This document shows positions 62,119-64,000 of a DNA stretch of 64,000 nucleotides, piece by piece. The notes beneath the pieces are model-generated. The model saw only the letters and a list, made by a program, of their open reading frames with translations, did no database searches and had not been told where the DNA came from. Every line of letters starts with the position of its first letter. Within the stretch, counting starts at the first letter, position 1. The position numbers were made by a program, and so were the translations under genes. The stretch comes from Azolla caroliniana (lineage: Eukaryota > Plantae > Polypodiophyta), in contig JBHGNT010000005.1 in the NCBI GenBank assembly GCA_043228905.1, forward strand, positions 806,001-870,000, read 5' to 3'.

Positions 62119-64000
62119 TGTCGTGAAGAAAACCGTCCACAAGCGGAATCGGTGCACCGGAGCGTAGGAACCGGCTCTTCATGCACGTGCGTCTTATGTA
62201 ATACAAAAGAGGGAATTAGGTACATAGAAGATCCTAGGTAGGTAGATTCGGTAGGTAGGAAGTTAATGGGAAATGGCTCCTTCCTTGCCTATAAAAGGAG
62301 GGAGACGAGGAGGGGAGACAGGATCGCAGAGAGTCGAGGACGAAGTGCTGTCGGTTTGTGGGCGAAGGCTTCTCTCTCTCTCTCTCTGGCTCGCAAACTC
62401 CATAGCTTCTTTCTGTGCAGGTTTCGGGAGGCTCGCGCTGCTCTGAGGAATGCCCGAGTGCTTCCGGCAGCACCTCCAACCTGCTCCTTTCTTTCTGTGC
62501 GTTTACGAACAGGCATCGGCATCTGTTCGCCGGCCTGTTCGGTTGTAACCGACTTCGTGTTTTTGTTGTTTGTCTCTGTTAATATATACTTACATACCGT
62601 TGTGCCTCTCTGTGTTGTTTTCCACGCTCGCGTCTTCGTGTCGAAGGGCCGTGTCCCTGTGGATCTACGCCCACACGTAGTGGGTTCCTTCCTTTCTCCT
62701 TTCCCTATTTGCTCTTCGGTACAAGACCCTCGAGGTCCCGCCTCATTCCACGCATCCGCGAGGAGTACCTCGACATCTTGGTGAACCCGACGTGAAAGAG
62801 GCGGCAGAAGAGAAGAAGATGAAAGGGTCGGATCTTGCGAAGGCCATGGCTTCGGCCGTGGATCGGATATTGAGCGCACGCGAGGGCTCCGGCGCCCTCG
62901 ACAGAGCCATTGAGGCGGTCGTCGGTACGATCAGCCGGTTCAGCGGAAAGGATGCCACGAAGTATTTGGCGTCCTACGAGGCAGAAATGCTGATGCGGGA
63001 CATTCCGGAAGAGAGGCGTCTTGCCGGGTTCCCTCGAGTGGCGATGCCGAGCATCCATGCGGAGGTGCTCGAGGTGCGGGCGGAGAGCCGTACCTGGGAG
63101 GAGTTCGAAGGTCGACTCCTAGAAAAATACGGGCTGGACGACGCGCTCCGGCTTTCGAAACGGGACTTCATGGAGTGGGTGGAGTCCCCCGGCAAGGGAA
63201 GAAACGCGTCGGCACTCCTCCGGGAGTTTGAAGAACGCTTTGCGCGTCTTTCGGCGCTTGACCGAACCATTCTGGATACGAGCTGGGTCCTACTGTTCGT
63301 CAAGTTGGTGGACGAGCGGGACCGGGATCAAGTCGGCTCCTTGCTGGAAACCGAAGACGGGCTGACGACCGACTGGGCTGCGGTTAAGAGAGTCTGTGGC
63401 CGTTTCGACAAACGGCGAGAATGGGCTGACAACGGGGCGGCTGGTGCGGGCTCTATCACAACAAGGAGGCTTGAACCGGCACCGCAAGGGCGAAGGGAAG
63501 AAACCCGGGAATGGCTCGAAACCGGTCCGGCTTCGACCAGCATGGTCAGTGGCTCGTCTGGAGGAGCAGCGCTGGAGGAGTTGACGCGGGCGATAAAGGA
63601 TCTCCAGATCGCCCAGACTTGAAGGGAAGGCGGCGAACCGGCTCGTGACCGACGGCCGGTGGCAGGGAACAGGTGCATGTGGTGCGACGAGGTCGGCCAC
63701 ATCCGGAAGGATTGCGGCGATTTCGCAGAAGCGTTGAGGAACCGGGTGGTGTACCTGTGGGAAAGCCGGGTGCACGCCGGCGACACCAGAAGGGCCCTAA
63801 AACGAAACGACGAGCGAGGAGGAATGAAGAGACTGATGGAAGAGGCAGCGGCCTGACACGTGGAGGCCATCCACTACTCGGCGTCGACCGACATTCGGGT
63901 CGGGGGCAGCGAGGCCCGAAAGGAGGGCAAAGACGGATTCTGGTCGGCAATGCTGGAAGGTCTTGCCGGCGCACGGCTAAGGAAAGATGAAACGGACCGC
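62119..64000 (+). mobile_element. Trp-primed Gypsy element, 5' part (LTR 62119-62775, PBS, gag with CCHC); runs off the window
   Basis: TGTCGTGAAG...CTCGACA; PBS TGGTGAACCCGACGTGA at 62779; gag ORF 62792-63622; zinc knuckle CMWCDEVGHIRKDC. Confidence 0.92.

Overview
Eukaryotic (land-plant) nuclear DNA. A fern or other non-seed plant is plausible from the PPR style and the Gypsy lineage, but that is an inference. AT-rich genic and intergenic DNA alternates with GC/CpG-rich nested LTR-retrotransposons. Three spliced host genes could be reconstructed exon by exon. (1) The 3' part of a dihydroxy-acid dehydratase (DHAD/ilvD) gene, 43-16152 (+), with two TE-inflated introns, one GC-AG intron and an intragenic partial self-duplication that leaves decoy exons. 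(2) A SPG1/TEM1-type small GTPase (SGP1-like), 25907-29498 (-), with a long repetitive N-terminal extension. (3) A two-exon class III HD-ZIP-derived gene, 51164-52646 (-), that keeps the homeodomain and leucine zipper but stops before the START domain, miR165/166 site and MEKHLA domain. There are also ARL8 and PLS-PPR pseudogene fragments. Mobile elements include a very young Tnt1/Tork-like Copia (17691-23204), older Copia copies, chromovirus remnants, a hAT MITE, a Tc1/mariner-like non-autonomous element and five members of a tRNA-Trp-primed non-chromovirus Gypsy family. The insertion junctions of that Gypsy family read N-CG-N, or its CpG-decay product, suggesting CpG-targeted integration. 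The best candidates for something new are the START-less C3HDZ, the CpG-targeting Gypsy family and the DHAD decoy-exon structure. Nothing here was verified by database search or expression data, and all coordinates are hand-counted.
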